DNA of 64,000 bases from Clostridiales bacterium (GCA_031270945.1 JAISWZ010000531.1:13473-77472); one strand, 5' to 3'; positions 29,101 through 37,500 are shown, numbered from the stretch's first letter. A program made the numbers and translations. The notes: generated by a model from the sequence alone, not told the origin.

Positions 29101-29921
29101 TCTGTGTCATCGCTTGCCGACACGGCCTTTGCGCCGTCAAGAAGCTCTGGCTTGCTTGAAGTCCATGTTATGGCATAGCGATCCTGGGAAACGGGAAGCT
29201 CGTCTCCGTCAGCCATGAAGGTCGGCACTGTTATGTGAGACAAAGCTATCTCAGGCGTTCTCTCCTCAAGCAAAAACTGGGGGCGATTGGCCGGGGTCGC
29301 GTTTGTGCTGTCGTAAAGCGAAAGCATGACGCCGTTCACAAGCATCTCAAATTCATAAGTGGTCTTGCTGGGATTGGCCAAAATGTAGTCCGTCAGATCA
29401 AACTCCAGCGGGACGCCCGCGTTCATGGATGTGATGACGTTTGAGTTGGCGGCCAGGGACTTGAAGGAATAGTCCTTCTTGACAGGCCCTCCGTTAGTGA
29501 GAGTCGCCGGCAAAGGCTCGTTCAGCTCGAAAAGCGTAGCCACAACAGGCGCTCCGTTATGGACATACTGAACCATAAATTTTACAGTCAGCTTGCTTAT
29601 TTGATCAAGAGATATCCCGCTTGGAAGCGAGAAGCGGATAAACGCCGCTCTGCTGCTTCCAACATTTCCTGCGGCTGTTCTGTTCTCGGTCACTCCTGAC
29701 CAGTAGCCCTCAGGGTTTTTCGTGAAGTTGGTGGAATCGTCCTCGTTGCCCGCTAGCCCTGCCCTTATGAGGCCAGCGTCGGTTGAGCCAATGGTTGCAT
29801 GCTCGGTGATGTAGTAAGGGCCTGGATTGAAATCTGCCGCCTTGGCTTCGACTGTGAAAGCCGCAGCGGAAAAGGCCATGATCAATGCCATAACCAGGCT
29901 TGCAATCTTTTTAGGTTTCAT
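23169..29921 (-). CDS. giant SLH-anchored cell-surface glycoside hydrolase (GH59 galactosylceramidase-like catalytic region, Ig-like/CBM modules, Pro/Thr-rich linker, 3 C-terminal SLH domains)
   Basis: Signal peptide MKPKKIASLVMALIMAFSAAAFTVEAKA after GAGGAG. GWGVLSCNSTSNLLMDYKSEAPEKYWELLEVLFGG..THVKIEMGNDGNSTGSDSCTM parallels the GALC/GH59 N-terminal signature as I recall it. C-terminal FSDV..YYAPYVQWAVSAGIATG-type SLH repeats. Confidence 0.75.
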   Translation of the reverse strand: MKPKKIASLVMALIMAFSAAAFTVEAKAADFNPGPYYITEHATIGSTDAGLIRAGLAGNEDDSTNFTKNPEGYWSGVTENRTAAGNVGSSRAAFIRFSLPSGISLDQISKLTVKFMVQYVHNGAPVVATLFELNEPLPATLTNGGPVKKDYSFKSLAANSNVITSMNAGVPLEFDLTDYILANPSKTTYEFEMLVNGVMLSLYDSTNATPANRPQFLLEERTPEIALSHITVPTFMADGDELPVSQDRYAITWTSSKPELLDGAKAVSASDDTETVFTASIDGMTREFNVIVLRKGVAQAGQEIVVRGADVDAAALNKNGLTYKGWGVLSCNSTSNLLMDYKSEAPEKYWELLEVLFGGDNPIVTHVKIEMGNDGNNSTGSDSCTMRYEDEEADASRSPGFQLAADAKLFNPDVKVSVLRWNAPNWTGSDYAKLYKWYSQTFFDAYEKYGYVVDYVNPNVNESSANVAMIKDMAGRIKNETAFPDYMNQAARDKYNAIKIITDDAIDAWPAVARMNSDPEFFDIVDAIGFHYVSGADQSVRNMADVSDKEVWNSEGVATFGYTEHQENKTVDSNGGGAGTLGGYQSPLAIVDTYINTFVYSRQTHYIFQPAIGAFYEGPQYGHKEYVSAREPWAGYLHYDEGLYTLGHFSKFAKTGWENESNTSGIWRAIPQASGGYAGNNNMNEHLSNLSGAYSYMTLAAPDKSAVSIVAVNNSPLSRTYHIKFEDMALSSTDLKVWLTKTDSYMQLDKTISQSGSGYYNYTLEPFSMATLTTTGNPGMSLPEDNEKAVLDTDSTGRVLDDTDEILYADDFEYEGYGNVEVGTQNGAKKSNISYLESRGNEPRYFVDGSGAFVVQDSPSGQKLGQILTASVSQWNNNTPNAGVGDHRWSNYKASVDVEVTPGTANYAAIAIRQQTGMSLESGYNFRIDGNGAWTLKRHSATVATGTVAANTEGKYRIALQGKNANITAYVDGIQVSQYLDTDKSLLFGRVKLGSSWALTYFDNLLVETVPGTVPYGTAFVDSHDDSVAYSGFTLSGPGGGDANNWYRTIAQSSTAGSTFELDITGTGIALSGAASTAAVLDVTVDGEPAVSSASTSASDARYISFLLGGLDNGPHTIIGTLKSGTLTIDGIYILGEYTPGPIDLELGLAGAAYAGEELPSQVKIKGELADILWSDDTIAAFAQAKAYDTFTGTGLTDTYSVTAVYEVVPRGLVYFVDIDNPSAPGQSPPFAAVKELVGDTLLNETSDQVKTADTAWGITSAFSQKGGNMNVYDKTATGIYGTSNASGVSLSYSFELKAGKYVITSAHREWWSGSNRPMRLTVSYGDTSLEAGTVPATVSTTVRSFTFELAEDQTVTYSVTSTGSQAPAVSWIAIQNLSPLLVLLDQYESEVSQYEFPALTEGYADEDLEEAQLVLKNLGTDVSEELVVEPESESFNIAFESPDGLLPGSSTALSIKPALGLEPGDYSETVSVAGIALTLKFIVLAKLYEFAVSAGEGGSVSGTESGSYKKGAPISVLAVPEDGYRFAGWTAEGIELDAASEAASEAEFEMPDQPVALEASFELIPKILSVTVSPSSVDLIAGSSQQFQATVEGVGDYNSEVLWSVSGGSFDTAISDTGILTLDSRETSGSALEVIATSVFDPAFSGAASVSIVDAPPDPVWDIALDRQGEYAFPELIEGYEVPVLEVKVTNIGNQPTGDLLISVSSADFVLNITAISSIEPLGEPAAFSVSPKEGLSAGVYNADVTVSGSDLAEEKSFKVSFTVLAAEPEVTPSPAEPTPPEVPETPEEPEVTPTPTEAPEVPEATPTPTEAPEVPATPTPTEAPEVPATPTPTEAPEVPEAPEPSATPAPPAASAPYTPPSNPVHTVPASENGVVQAPYTPEGSKAYLALSTAMVNHIAESGGIINFSNIGDVSSAVMAKTAAAAFANAGNPLEVAFSQGSAIFAPESLAQLAEVSKGIIQVSVKEAEVASLTASQQKATADSLVISLVVTVGNVPAIVPVELKIPYELKAGEKAEGIEASRLDKTGKLVPVKASYDKKAKAAIVKADEPGLYAISYTEPVVTPWFSPFIDIPESSPKSEAVRYVYENGLFAGTSPTSFSPEVAMTRGMIATVLGRLEKADVSAYTERTFSDVASNQYYAPYVQWAVSAGIATGTGNNSFSPESEITKEQLAVMLYNTLGVYGRISKYEKAVLADASQVSPWAANAADWAVSSGVFELDEKGALSPKSVVTRSEAAEALMRFSELQQA
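24390..24610. repeat. in-frame tandem repeats (about 39 bp) encoding the (PEVPATPTPTEA)n linker
   Basis: ggagtcggagtagctggaacctcaggcgc units repeated. Protein repeats TPTPTEAPEVP(E)A. Confidence 0.85.
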
Positions 29922-30734
29922 ATGACGCTCCTCTCTTAAATAAGCGTCATCCATGCTTGCGAGCTGCGCTCGAAAGCAAAGGCTGGGTAGGCCTGCAGAC
30001 GCTTCATGCGCTTTGTCGGCCCGAAATCCCTCCTTTCTTCAAATCCGTGTTATCCTAAGCTTGCCAATTTGCAAAGCTTTTGCATTACGGGCGCGGGCAT
30101 TCTGGAAAATGCTCAAAATCGCGCCTCTGGTTTGCACTGACTATATCAAATTTGCCTAAACAATTGAATAGAATATTTGCAGCACTTTATGCAAAATTTG
30201 AATGAGTTTATCATAGCAAAGCTGTTTGGATCGCCAACCATTGCTTTGGGAAGTAGAAAAATTTAAAGTGCGATCATGTTATTTTGAATTTTCAAGCCGC
30301 AAGGCGTTTTGAAACATGCAATATTTATATATAAACCTGCCATATCTTGATAAATTTATAGGTTTTCCGATATAACAAATATTGGTCAATAGACGCAGCT
30401 GCGTTGCGGCTGGATATTCTTGGTGCTTGTCAAGCTAACGATTATACTTTTGGACGGAGAGCTATCAAATTCTCTGCTTGCAAAAGCATCAGCCTCACAT
30501 ATTTCACGCTTTTTCCAATAACCCGGCATCTCCAGCCCCCTATGTATTGCTTGAGGCAAAATTTGCACCATCCCTCAACTTTTTCCCAGTTCTGAAAAGC
30601 CCGAAATACCGCCCCTCATTTGCTTATGCCTCCCGCTATTCTTGTTGCGCGGCCGCGCTGGTTGTGATAAAGTGGTACTGAAAAACGCGAGCTGTCACAG
30701 CTCGCGCATATCAATGCAAAGCCGGGAGGGCAAT

Positions 30735-32183
30735 ATGGCTATAACACCTAAAATAAACGGCTCACTCAAAGAGTCTGGCGACTTGTTCACTCTTCCCAAA
30801 GACAGGCTGTCCGCAAAAGGGGCGACAGAAAAAGCCTTGGTTTTGGCGGAGCGCCTTCAGAGACTGCCAGGCTATGAAAACCTGGAGCTTGCGCCAGTGG
30901 ATAGCGCAGAGGCGACGCTTGAGATAGCGTTCGCAGAAGGGCCTGAAGGCGGATACAAGCTGAAGGTAGAGCAAGAAAAGGTGACAGTAGAAGCATACGG
31001 CGAAGAGGGGGCGGCCAACGCCTTGGCTACCCTGTACTGGATGCTCAGGGACGGAAAAGGAACAGCCTCCGGATGCGAGATCATAGACATTCCCGAATGC
31101 GGATACAGAGGGTTTGAGATAGACTCCAGCAGGCACTTCTTTGACACGGATACAGTAAAAAGCATGATAGAGCAACTCTCCCTGCGGAAGATGAACAGGC
31201 TTCACTGGCACTTGAGCGATGACCAAGGGTACAGGGTGGAAAGCAAGGCGTTCCCGTCCCTTAACAGCATAAGCTCATACAGGATCGAAGAAGACGGCAA
31301 TAAGTACGGAGGGTACTATACCCAAGAGCAGATAAAAGAGATCGTAAGCTACGCCAAGGCTCGCGGCATTGAGATAATCCCCGAGATAGACGTGCCTGGG
31401 CATGTCGTAAGCATTCTGGCGGCATACCCAAATCTGAGCTGCAGAGAATTGCCTATTGCGGTCACGCCAAAGTTTGGGGTCATGAAGACAGTCTTTTGCG
31501 CCGGAAAAGACGAAGCCTTGGATTTTGCCATAAAAGTCATAGACGAGGTGGCTGGGCTATTCCCCTTCGAATACTTTCATACAGGCGGAGACGAAGTGCC
31601 AAAAGATGAATGGAAGGCTTGCCCGCATTGCCAAGAGAGGATCAAGAAAGAGGTGCTTGCTGACGAGGAAGAGCTCCAGTCCTGGTTTGCGGAGAAGATC
31701 ATTGGCCGCCTGAGAGAGCTGGGCAAGACCTCCATCTGCTGGAACGACGCCTTGGTGTCCGGCAAGCAGAGCGACGACATCATCATACAGTACTGGCGGG
31801 AGCAGGGGACATACTGTTCAGACGAGCTCAAAAAAGGCCGCAAATGGATCTACTCCTGCTTCTCGAACTTCTACTTGGACTACACTCCTGACGTCACGCC
31901 GCTTAGAACCGCGTTTGCCTTCAAGCCTGTTCTCAACTCCGGAGAGCTTCTCACCAAAGAGACTGGGCTTCTGGGCTTTGAAGCGGAGCTTTGGTCTGAG
32001 TGGATACCCACAAAGGTGCGCCTGGAGCAGATGGCATTCCCCAGGATTTTTGCGCTGGCCGACAGGGCCTGGAACGGCAGCGACTCTTATGTGGAGTTTT
32101 TGGAAAGATGCAACAAGGAGGTTGAGCGGCTGAGGGAAGACGGGATAGCATGCTTTAGCATGGAGGAAGCTGATCCGGAATAA
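30735..32183 (+). CDS. beta-N-acetylhexosaminidase (GH20)
   Basis: RLHWHLSDDQGYR and FHTGGDEV catalytic blocks. ATG at 30735 after GGGAGGG. Confidence 0.85.
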   Translation: MAITPKINGSLKESGDLFTLPKDRLSAKGATEKALVLAERLQRLPGYENLELAPVDSAEATLEIAFAEGPEGGYKLKVEQEKVTVEAYGEEGAANALATLYWMLRDGKGTASGCEIIDIPECGYRGFEIDSSRHFFDTDTVKSMIEQLSLRKMNRLHWHLSDDQGYRVESKAFPSLNSISSYRIEEDGNKYGGYYTQEQIKEIVSYAKARGIEIIPEIDVPGHVVSILAAYPNLSCRELPIAVTPKFGVMKTVFCAGKDEALDFAIKVIDEVAGLFPFEYFHTGGDEVPKDEWKACPHCQERIKKEVLADEEELQSWFAEKIIGRLRELGKTSICWNDALVSGKQSDDIIIQYWREQGTYCSDELKKGRKWIYSCFSNFYLDYTPDVTPLRTAFAFKPVLNSGELLTKETGLLGFEAELWSEWIPTKVRLEQMAFPRIFALADRAWNGSDSYVEFLERCNKEVERLREDGIACFSMEEADPE

Positions 32184-32262
32184 AGAAATATAAAAAATAA
32201 AAAAAAATAAAAAATAAATAAAAAAAATACAAAAAATAAAAAAACAAAAAATAAAAAGCAAA
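32184..32262. repeat. about 78-bp A-rich low-complexity tract
   Basis: aaagaaatataaaaaataaaaaaaaataaaaaataaataaaaaaaatacaaaaaataaaaaaacaaaaaataaaaag. On the minus strand it is the T-rich tail after the 32263-32291 hairpin. Confidence 0.9.
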
Positions 32263-32296
32263 GCAAGGGCTCCCCTCCGGGGAGCCCTTGCTTTGT
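32263..32296. terminator. bidirectional terminator between GH20 (+) and GH13 (-)
   Basis: GCAAGGGCTCCCC-tcc-GGGGAGCCCTTGC, a perfect 13-bp stem. Confidence 0.75.
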
Positions 32297-32323
32297 AGCT
32301 TTTTAATGCTTTGTCTTTAGAGC

Positions 32324-33631
32324 TTACTGCGCGGCCGCCTTGAGCGGCGCCTCAAATATGATTGGCCCGCCCTTGCAGCTGAGTTTCCCAGCCTCCACAT
32401 TTACAGGCTCCCCGTCTATCAGGTTCGAGTAGATGCCGTCAGGCACCTGGGACGAAACCAGGGAGGAGTGGCCCTTGACGCTGAAGACGCCAACCATTTG
32501 GGTCTGGGTGGCTATGGACTTGTGGACAGCAAGAAGAATCTCGTTTGGAAGAGCTGTGACCTTATACGAGGAGTCGGTGAAAATCCGGCTCTTTTTGATG
32601 TTGTAAAGGATCCGCATTAAGCCTGAGATGTCAAAGCCCGTGTTCCACTTGATCTCGTCTCTGCCGAAGAGATCCGGGTGTTTGGTGTTTCCCGTCTCCT
32701 GCCCTGCGTAAACAAGAGCAGCGCCTTTCTGGAAGTAGAGGAACGCTGTCCAGTTCCTGAGCTGGAGCTCGTCAGGTATCATGAACCTGGCCCGCATGTT
32801 GTCGTGGTTTTCAAGGAAGCGAAGCTTTACGTAGTTTCCGGGATATATCCCTTCCTGCCCGCTTATCCTGTCGGCATATTCGGCGAGGGTGTTTTTTCCC
32901 TCCAAATAGCCATGGAAATAGGAGTTAATGTCGTAGTCGTAGCAAATGTCAAACGCCTGGTAGGTCTCGGAGTCAGAAAGGCTGTTGAAGCCCAGCGCCC
33001 TGTTGTATACAGTAAATCCTGGATCCACAGTCTCGCTTAGCCAGATGAAGCCAGGGTGGACTTTTTCCACCTCAGCCCTTGCCTTCAGCCAGAACTCAAG
33101 GGGGACTAGCGGCGCCACGTCACAGCGGAACCCGTCAATCACTTTCGCCCACATGGCGAGCGTCTCGATCTGGTAGTCCCAAAGGCTGGTCTGGCCGTAG
33201 TCCAGATCTATGACATCAGCCCAGTCTCCTGTCTTGTTGCCGAATCGGCCCTCGGGAGTCTTGTAGAACCATTCCGGGTGGTTCTCAGCCAGCCAAGAGT
33301 CAGGAGAGGTGTGGTTGTATACCACATCTATCATGCACAGCATCCCCCGCTTGTGAATACTGGCTACAAGGGAAGCGAAGTCCTCAGTGGTGCCAAACTC
33401 CGGGTTCACTTTGCGGTAGTCCTTGATGGCATAAGGCGATCCCAGAAGCCCCTTCCTGTTCTTTTCGCCAGTCGGGTGAATGGGGAGCAACCATATGATG
33501 TCTGCCCCAAGTTCCTTGATCCTGTCAAGATCAGCCTCAACGGCCTTGAAAGAGCCCGAGGCGCTGTGGTTCCTAACGTAGACGGAATAGATGACCTGGT
33601 TTCTCAGGGACTTGCCGGTATCTAGCGCCAT
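32324..33631 (-). CDS. alpha-amylase family glycoside hydrolase (GH13)
   Basis: DVVYNHTS (region I), DGFRCDVA (II), IWLSE (III), FLENHD (IV). ATG at 33631 after AAGGAGAG. Confidence 0.85.
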   Translation of the reverse strand: MALDTGKSLRNQVIYSVYVRNHSASGSFKAVEADLDRIKELGADIIWLLPIHPTGEKNRKGLLGSPYAIKDYRKVNPEFGTTEDFASLVASIHKRGMLCMIDVVYNHTSPDSWLAENHPEWFYKTPEGRFGNKTGDWADVIDLDYGQTSLWDYQIETLAMWAKVIDGFRCDVAPLVPLEFWLKARAEVEKVHPGFIWLSETVDPGFTVYNRALGFNSLSDSETYQAFDICYDYDINSYFHGYLEGKNTLAEYADRISGQEGIYPGNYVKLRFLENHDNMRARFMIPDELQLRNWTAFLYFQKGAALVYAGQETGNTKHPDLFGRDEIKWNTGFDISGLMRILYNIKKSRIFTDSSYKVTALPNEILLAVHKSIATQTQMVGVFSVKGHSSLVSSQVPDGIYSNLIDGEPVNVEAGKLSCKGGPIIFEAPLKAAAQ

Positions 33632-33905
33632 TTGTATCTCTCCTTGGTGTTTGCAGAACACCCGTGAACTTAAGGGCACATCCCAATGTATTATGGCTTG
33701 TAAAAGCGCGAAACGTATCGTTGCTGTCAACGAGAAATCCCGCTTTTCCGCCATTCTTGTTTTTTAGGACATGCCCTCAGTGCTTTTCTAGCTTTGCGCA
33801 GAGGATTTTTTTTCTTGCGAGTGGTATCGCTCGCAAGCATAAGAAAAGCGCAACGCTTTTCGACCGTAGTATACCAGAACCCCAACAGGAATTCAACGAC
33901 CAACT

Positions 33906-34919
33906 TTACGTTCGGATTCTGGGCCTCACGAGATTGTCGGCTTCCACTAGCTCATCCATGCTTCTATCCCACTCCGTGTTGACTTCCTGAATCTCTGGAT
34001 GCGCGAGGAAGTAGCTGATGGTGCGCCTTATGCCCTCAGAGAAGGGAACCTCGCAAATGAAGCTTGGAACAAGCCTTTTCAGCTTTGAGCAGTCTATTAT
34101 GCAGCTGCTGGACTTGTCTCCAAGAAGGTCGCCTAGCTTCTCCGGGATAAACCTGGCTATCTGGTCAGCGCTCATGTGGACGATCTTTGGCGTCTTGCCA
34201 AGCGCGTCTCCAATTGCCAGCGCTATCTGATCCCAGGACAGCACCTCGTCAGTGGCTATGTTGAAGGCCTCTCCTATCGCTTGGGTTCGGCCCATCAGGC
34301 CAACAAAGCCCTTTGCGAAATCTGAGTTGTGCGTGACAGACCAAAGAGAGGTGCCATCGCCATGGCATATGATTGGCTTTCCGTCAAGAATCCTTCGGGC
34401 TAGAGACCAAGGCTTGTCCCAGCAACCCATGGCGTACGGTATCTGCGTGTCTCCATAGGTAAGGGATGGCCTCACGATTGTAGCTGGAAATCCCAACTGC
34501 CTGTAAGCCTGCATCAAGGCTTCCTCACAGCGGCGCTTCTGCCTTCCGTACTCCCAGTAGGTGTTGTTAAGCGGCAGGTCTTCCGTGACAATGTGCCTTT
34601 TCATCGGGCGCTCGTATGCGGCGCACGAGGATACGAAGATGTATTGCTTGGTTTTTCCTAGAAGCAGCCTGACGTCTCGCTCGATTCTCTCAGGCGCGAA
34701 CCCTATCCACTGGGCAACGACGTCAAAACTTTTGCCAGCTAAAAATCCCTTCAAAGAATCGATGTCGTCAGCGTCACAAACGAACACTTCAGCTTCCTTC
34801 GGCACGTGCGCCGGCCTTTTTCCCCTGTTGACTAACGTGAGCTCCCAGCCCTTTTCTATCGCGAGCTGTGAGACTGCGGAAGAAATGAGGCCGGAGCCTC
34901 CTATGAATAACGCTTTCAT
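33906..34919 (-). CDS. NAD-dependent epimerase/dehydratase family protein (extended SDR)
   Basis: MKALFIGGSGLISSAV Rossmann GxxGxxG start; YxxxK-type segment YGRQKRRCE. Confidence 0.8.
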   Translation of the reverse strand: MKALFIGGSGLISSAVSQLAIEKGWELTLVNRGKRPAHVPKEAEVFVCDADDIDSLKGFLAGKSFDVVAQWIGFAPERIERDVRLLLGKTKQYIFVSSCAAYERPMKRHIVTEDLPLNNTYWEYGRQKRRCEEALMQAYRQLGFPATIVRPSLTYGDTQIPYAMGCWDKPWSLARRILDGKPIICHGDGTSLWSVTHNSDFAKGFVGLMGRTQAIGEAFNIATDEVLSWDQIALAIGDALGKTPKIVHMSADQIARFIPEKLGDLLGDKSSSCIIDCSKLKRLVPSFICEVPFSEGIRRTISYFLAHPEIQEVNTEWDRSMDELVEADNLVRPRIRT

Positions 34920-35282
34920 GTCAACCCCCCATTGAGCTTACTTGTGAGCGATAATTCGAAAATATAACTGATGAACGCTCAAACCGGCACCTATTGAAGA
35001 AAGGACAACCAATTTGGCAAAATGTCGATATTTGCGCGGTTTAATTGGATATTTGAATCATAAATATTCATATGGGCCGCCAAAGCGCTGCCCCAAACAT
35101 TCAAGCGTGTCCTGAAGCCCTGGGCTTATGGACGCGCTTTTATACTCGCTGTGATCGGCTGCCGGCTCTTTTAGTCCTATAAAAAACGGCTAACGGCTAA
35201 GAAAAGGCCGCCCTTAGAGCCGCATCATCCTCAAGCCTCGAAAGATGGCAACTCTTTTTGAAAAATGCTGGAGGTGCTTAGC

Positions 35283-35570
35283 ATGATGACAACATGTCCC
35301 AACTGCAATGCGCCGCTCAAGGCAAACTCGGTGTTTTGCGTGAAATGCGGAGAGCGCATAGCGGAGTACAGGTATTGCGCAAACCCGGAGTGCAAGGCTA
35401 AAGACGCTCGCTGCGATGACGATGACATTCACTGCAGGGTCTGCGGAAGCCCGACCGTCGCGCAGTACCCCGCGCCGCCGCCAGAGCCTCCCAAAGTGGA
35501 GGAGGATCGGACTTGGATCGTGATACTAACCTTTATAGCCGCCTTGGTGATGTTTTACTTGACCAAGTGA
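35283..35570 (+). CDS. zinc-ribbon domain membrane protein
   Basis: CPNC..(13)..CVKCG and C..C..CRVCG pairs, C-terminal TM helix. ATG at 35283 lies 6 nt after GGAGGTG. Confidence 0.5.
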   Translation: MMTTCPNCNAPLKANSVFCVKCGERIAEYRYCANPECKAKDARCDDDDIHCRVCGSPTVAQYPAPPPEPPKVEEDRTWIVILTFIAALVMFYLTK

Positions 35571-35741
35571 GGCGCTTTTTTATGGCGAATGCATGTTAGC
35601 GCTATGCCGAAATTTCGCAAACGCCGGACTTTGCAGCCTCAGAAATAAATTTCGGATACCTATTAATTTAGCGCTTGGAATAGCCGATCTCCTTCTTGAG
35701 ATATGCCAAGCTCTTTATTGAGATACGCGAAGGCGCGTCTT

Positions 35742-35842
35742 AGAGCATATCCCAAAATTCCTAAAGAGGCGCAGCGAAAGTCAAAGCACTGCTTTAACGC
35801 GTGACTTTCGCAAGCCCTAAGATTAATTTTGGGATATGCTCT
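35742..35842. repeat. MITE/REP-like palindromic element (GCTTTAACGCGT class)
   Basis: AGAGCATATCCCAAAATTCC ... GCTTTAACGCGTGACTTTCGCAAGCCC ... TTAATTTTGGGATATGCTCT. Confidence 0.85.
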
Positions 35843-36498
35843 TCAGGAAAAGCTTGCATAGCGAGTTTTTCCTTTTTTTAGATCGAACAAAATATTGGAA
35901 ACACAAATGTAACAAAAGTTCCTCGTAAAAATCAGACTATTTTTTAGCAGCATTCGTATTTAGGTTAGTTATTGTTGCTAGATGAACCATGGTCGGACAT
36001 CTGTCTCAAGGATGTGCCTGGAGGGAAGCGCCCCGCCAGCGCGCTCGAAATTGTTCTGGAAGAATCGGCCAGGCAGCCTTGATAAGGAAGGGGAGATGCT
36101 GGTGCGCATGATATAGGGATGCAGACCCGTTAAGCGCATATCCAGAGGCATGAAAATGCTTGAAATAGTATTTGGCCATATTTGAAAAACCGAAGCGGAC
36201 AGCCTTGCACCACAGGCGGGCCCGCTTTAACGCGCTCATCAGTTGAAAACGCAAAGATACGCCCTAAAAAGTGCGAGGATAACCCCTGAACGCTTCAAGG
36301 CCTAAAACTTCGGATTACAAGCCATGACCAATTTTGGGATATGCCCCAAATCTTCGGATTATAAAAGTCGAATCTGCCACCCTGAAAGGCACTCAAGAAG
36401 CGTAGGAATTCGCGAGCGCATGAGAATTGCGGCCTTGCGCTTGCGAGCCATTCGGGCGCGCGTTTGGGCGCGCCAAGATTTACAGGGGGTTGACTCAA

Positions 36499-36771
36499 AT
36501 GATTGTAACTTGCCGGAACTGCGGATCCAAATGCGAAATAGTGGACAACTATTGCAGGCATTGCGGAGCGCTGCTGGAATTGGGTTCTATTACAGGTACA
36601 GAAAGCCCTATTCATAGCGTGCCAAATCTTCCGAGCATCCCTAACATTCCTAGCACAGGGGAATCGCTACCGGAGCCCACTGAGACTATTGAGCCGCACG
36701 AGGACAACACTTTGGTGAACGTCTTGATGATCTTGACATTGATTATCATAATACGCCTTCTCGTGGGGTAG
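36499..36771 (+). CDS. zinc-ribbon domain membrane protein
   Basis: CRNCGS..(9)..CRHCG, Pro/Ser linker, C-terminal TM (VLMILTLIIIIRLLV). Confidence 0.45.
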   Translation: MIVTCRNCGSKCEIVDNYCRHCGALLELGSITGTESPIHSVPNLPSIPNIPSTGESLPEPTETIEPHEDNTLVNVLMILTLIIIIRLLVG

Positions 36772-36996
36772 CCAGGACGGCAGGCCGAATGCGCAAGAGC
36801 GCGTTCAGGCCTTATTTTGGCATCAGCAATTAGCCGGAATACAGGCTGATTTGCGCCAGGACGGCATTGAATCACACAGAGCCTAAGGAAAACTCCTAGG
36901 CTCTTTTTTGTTGCCTTTTTTAGGCGAGGACTGCCCTTGCGAGGACTGCAAAAGAATCGCGCCGGAACATGCCGACGCTTGGATGTGCCGACGCTT

Positions 36997-37052
36997 AGTG
37001 CATATCCCAAAAATCCTTCAGAGCCCTAAAATTAATTTTGGGATATGCACTT
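36997..37052. repeat. short MITE/REP-like palindromic element at the left edge of the AT-rich insert
   Basis: AGTGCATATCCCAAAAATCC...CCTAAAATTAATTTTGGGATATGCACTT. Confidence 0.85.
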
Positions 37053-37246
37053 GGACGCGGATCAATTATAACAGCAGACATATGCTTGCACAATACCAAT
37101 TCTGAAATCGGAAGCGCAGGAGGCCTTGCTGGCAACCACATGCAACGGCTTTTTTTAAGGACACGCTCGTTATTTCGTCAGCCCCCAGCAGATGCTTGCA
37201 AGCGGGATCCTTTTTCGACGACTGGGTTCTGACGCGCGATTGACCC

Positions 37247-37275
37247 TTGAACAAATTTCTGCCGTATGTTAAACT
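37247..37275 (+). promoter_or_regulatory. candidate sigma-A promoter upstream of the defence cassette leader
   Basis: TTGAAC - 17 nt (ending TGT) - TAAACT. An alternative TTGACC lies at 37240. Confidence 0.45.
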
Positions 37276-37281
37276 AGGTTT

Positions 37282-37450
37282 AAAGCCGTGCGAGGGCTCC
37301 GAGAGCGAGTTGGAAAGCGCGGAAACCCGGGCTTTTGAAACCCAAAATTGTAAAAAAGTATACCTTTTTTCCGCCCATGAGAAACTGCAACTCCATAAAG
37401 TCACTTTGCCGGAATTACGGGCTTCGTCCATTGGACGAAGTTCTTTTTTT
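37282..37450 (+). ncRNA. candidate about 170-nt terminated transcript (small RNA or regulatory leader), class unknown
   Basis: Bounded by the promoter above and the terminator at 37422-37450. No SD-preceded ORF and no riboswitch class recognised. Confidence 0.25.
37422..37450 (+). terminator. Rho-independent terminator 1
   Basis: CTTCGTCC-att-GGACGAAG followed by TTCTTTTTTT. Confidence 0.65.
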
Positions 37451-37462
37451 GGGCTTTTTTAG

Positions 37463-37500
37463 GGATTGGAAAAACGTATACCTTTTTCCAATCCGTTTTT
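37463..37500 (+). terminator. Rho-independent terminator 2 (12-bp stem)
   Basis: GGATTGGAAAAA-cgtatacc-TTTTTCCAATCC followed by GTTTTT. Confidence 0.6.

Noticed and set aside
37247-37462. 71-aa ORF in the cassette leader (MNKFLPYVKLGLKPCEGS...)
   Set aside because: It has no SD, spans the promoter -35 to the terminator and has no conserved features. The region is better explained as non-coding RNA or leader.
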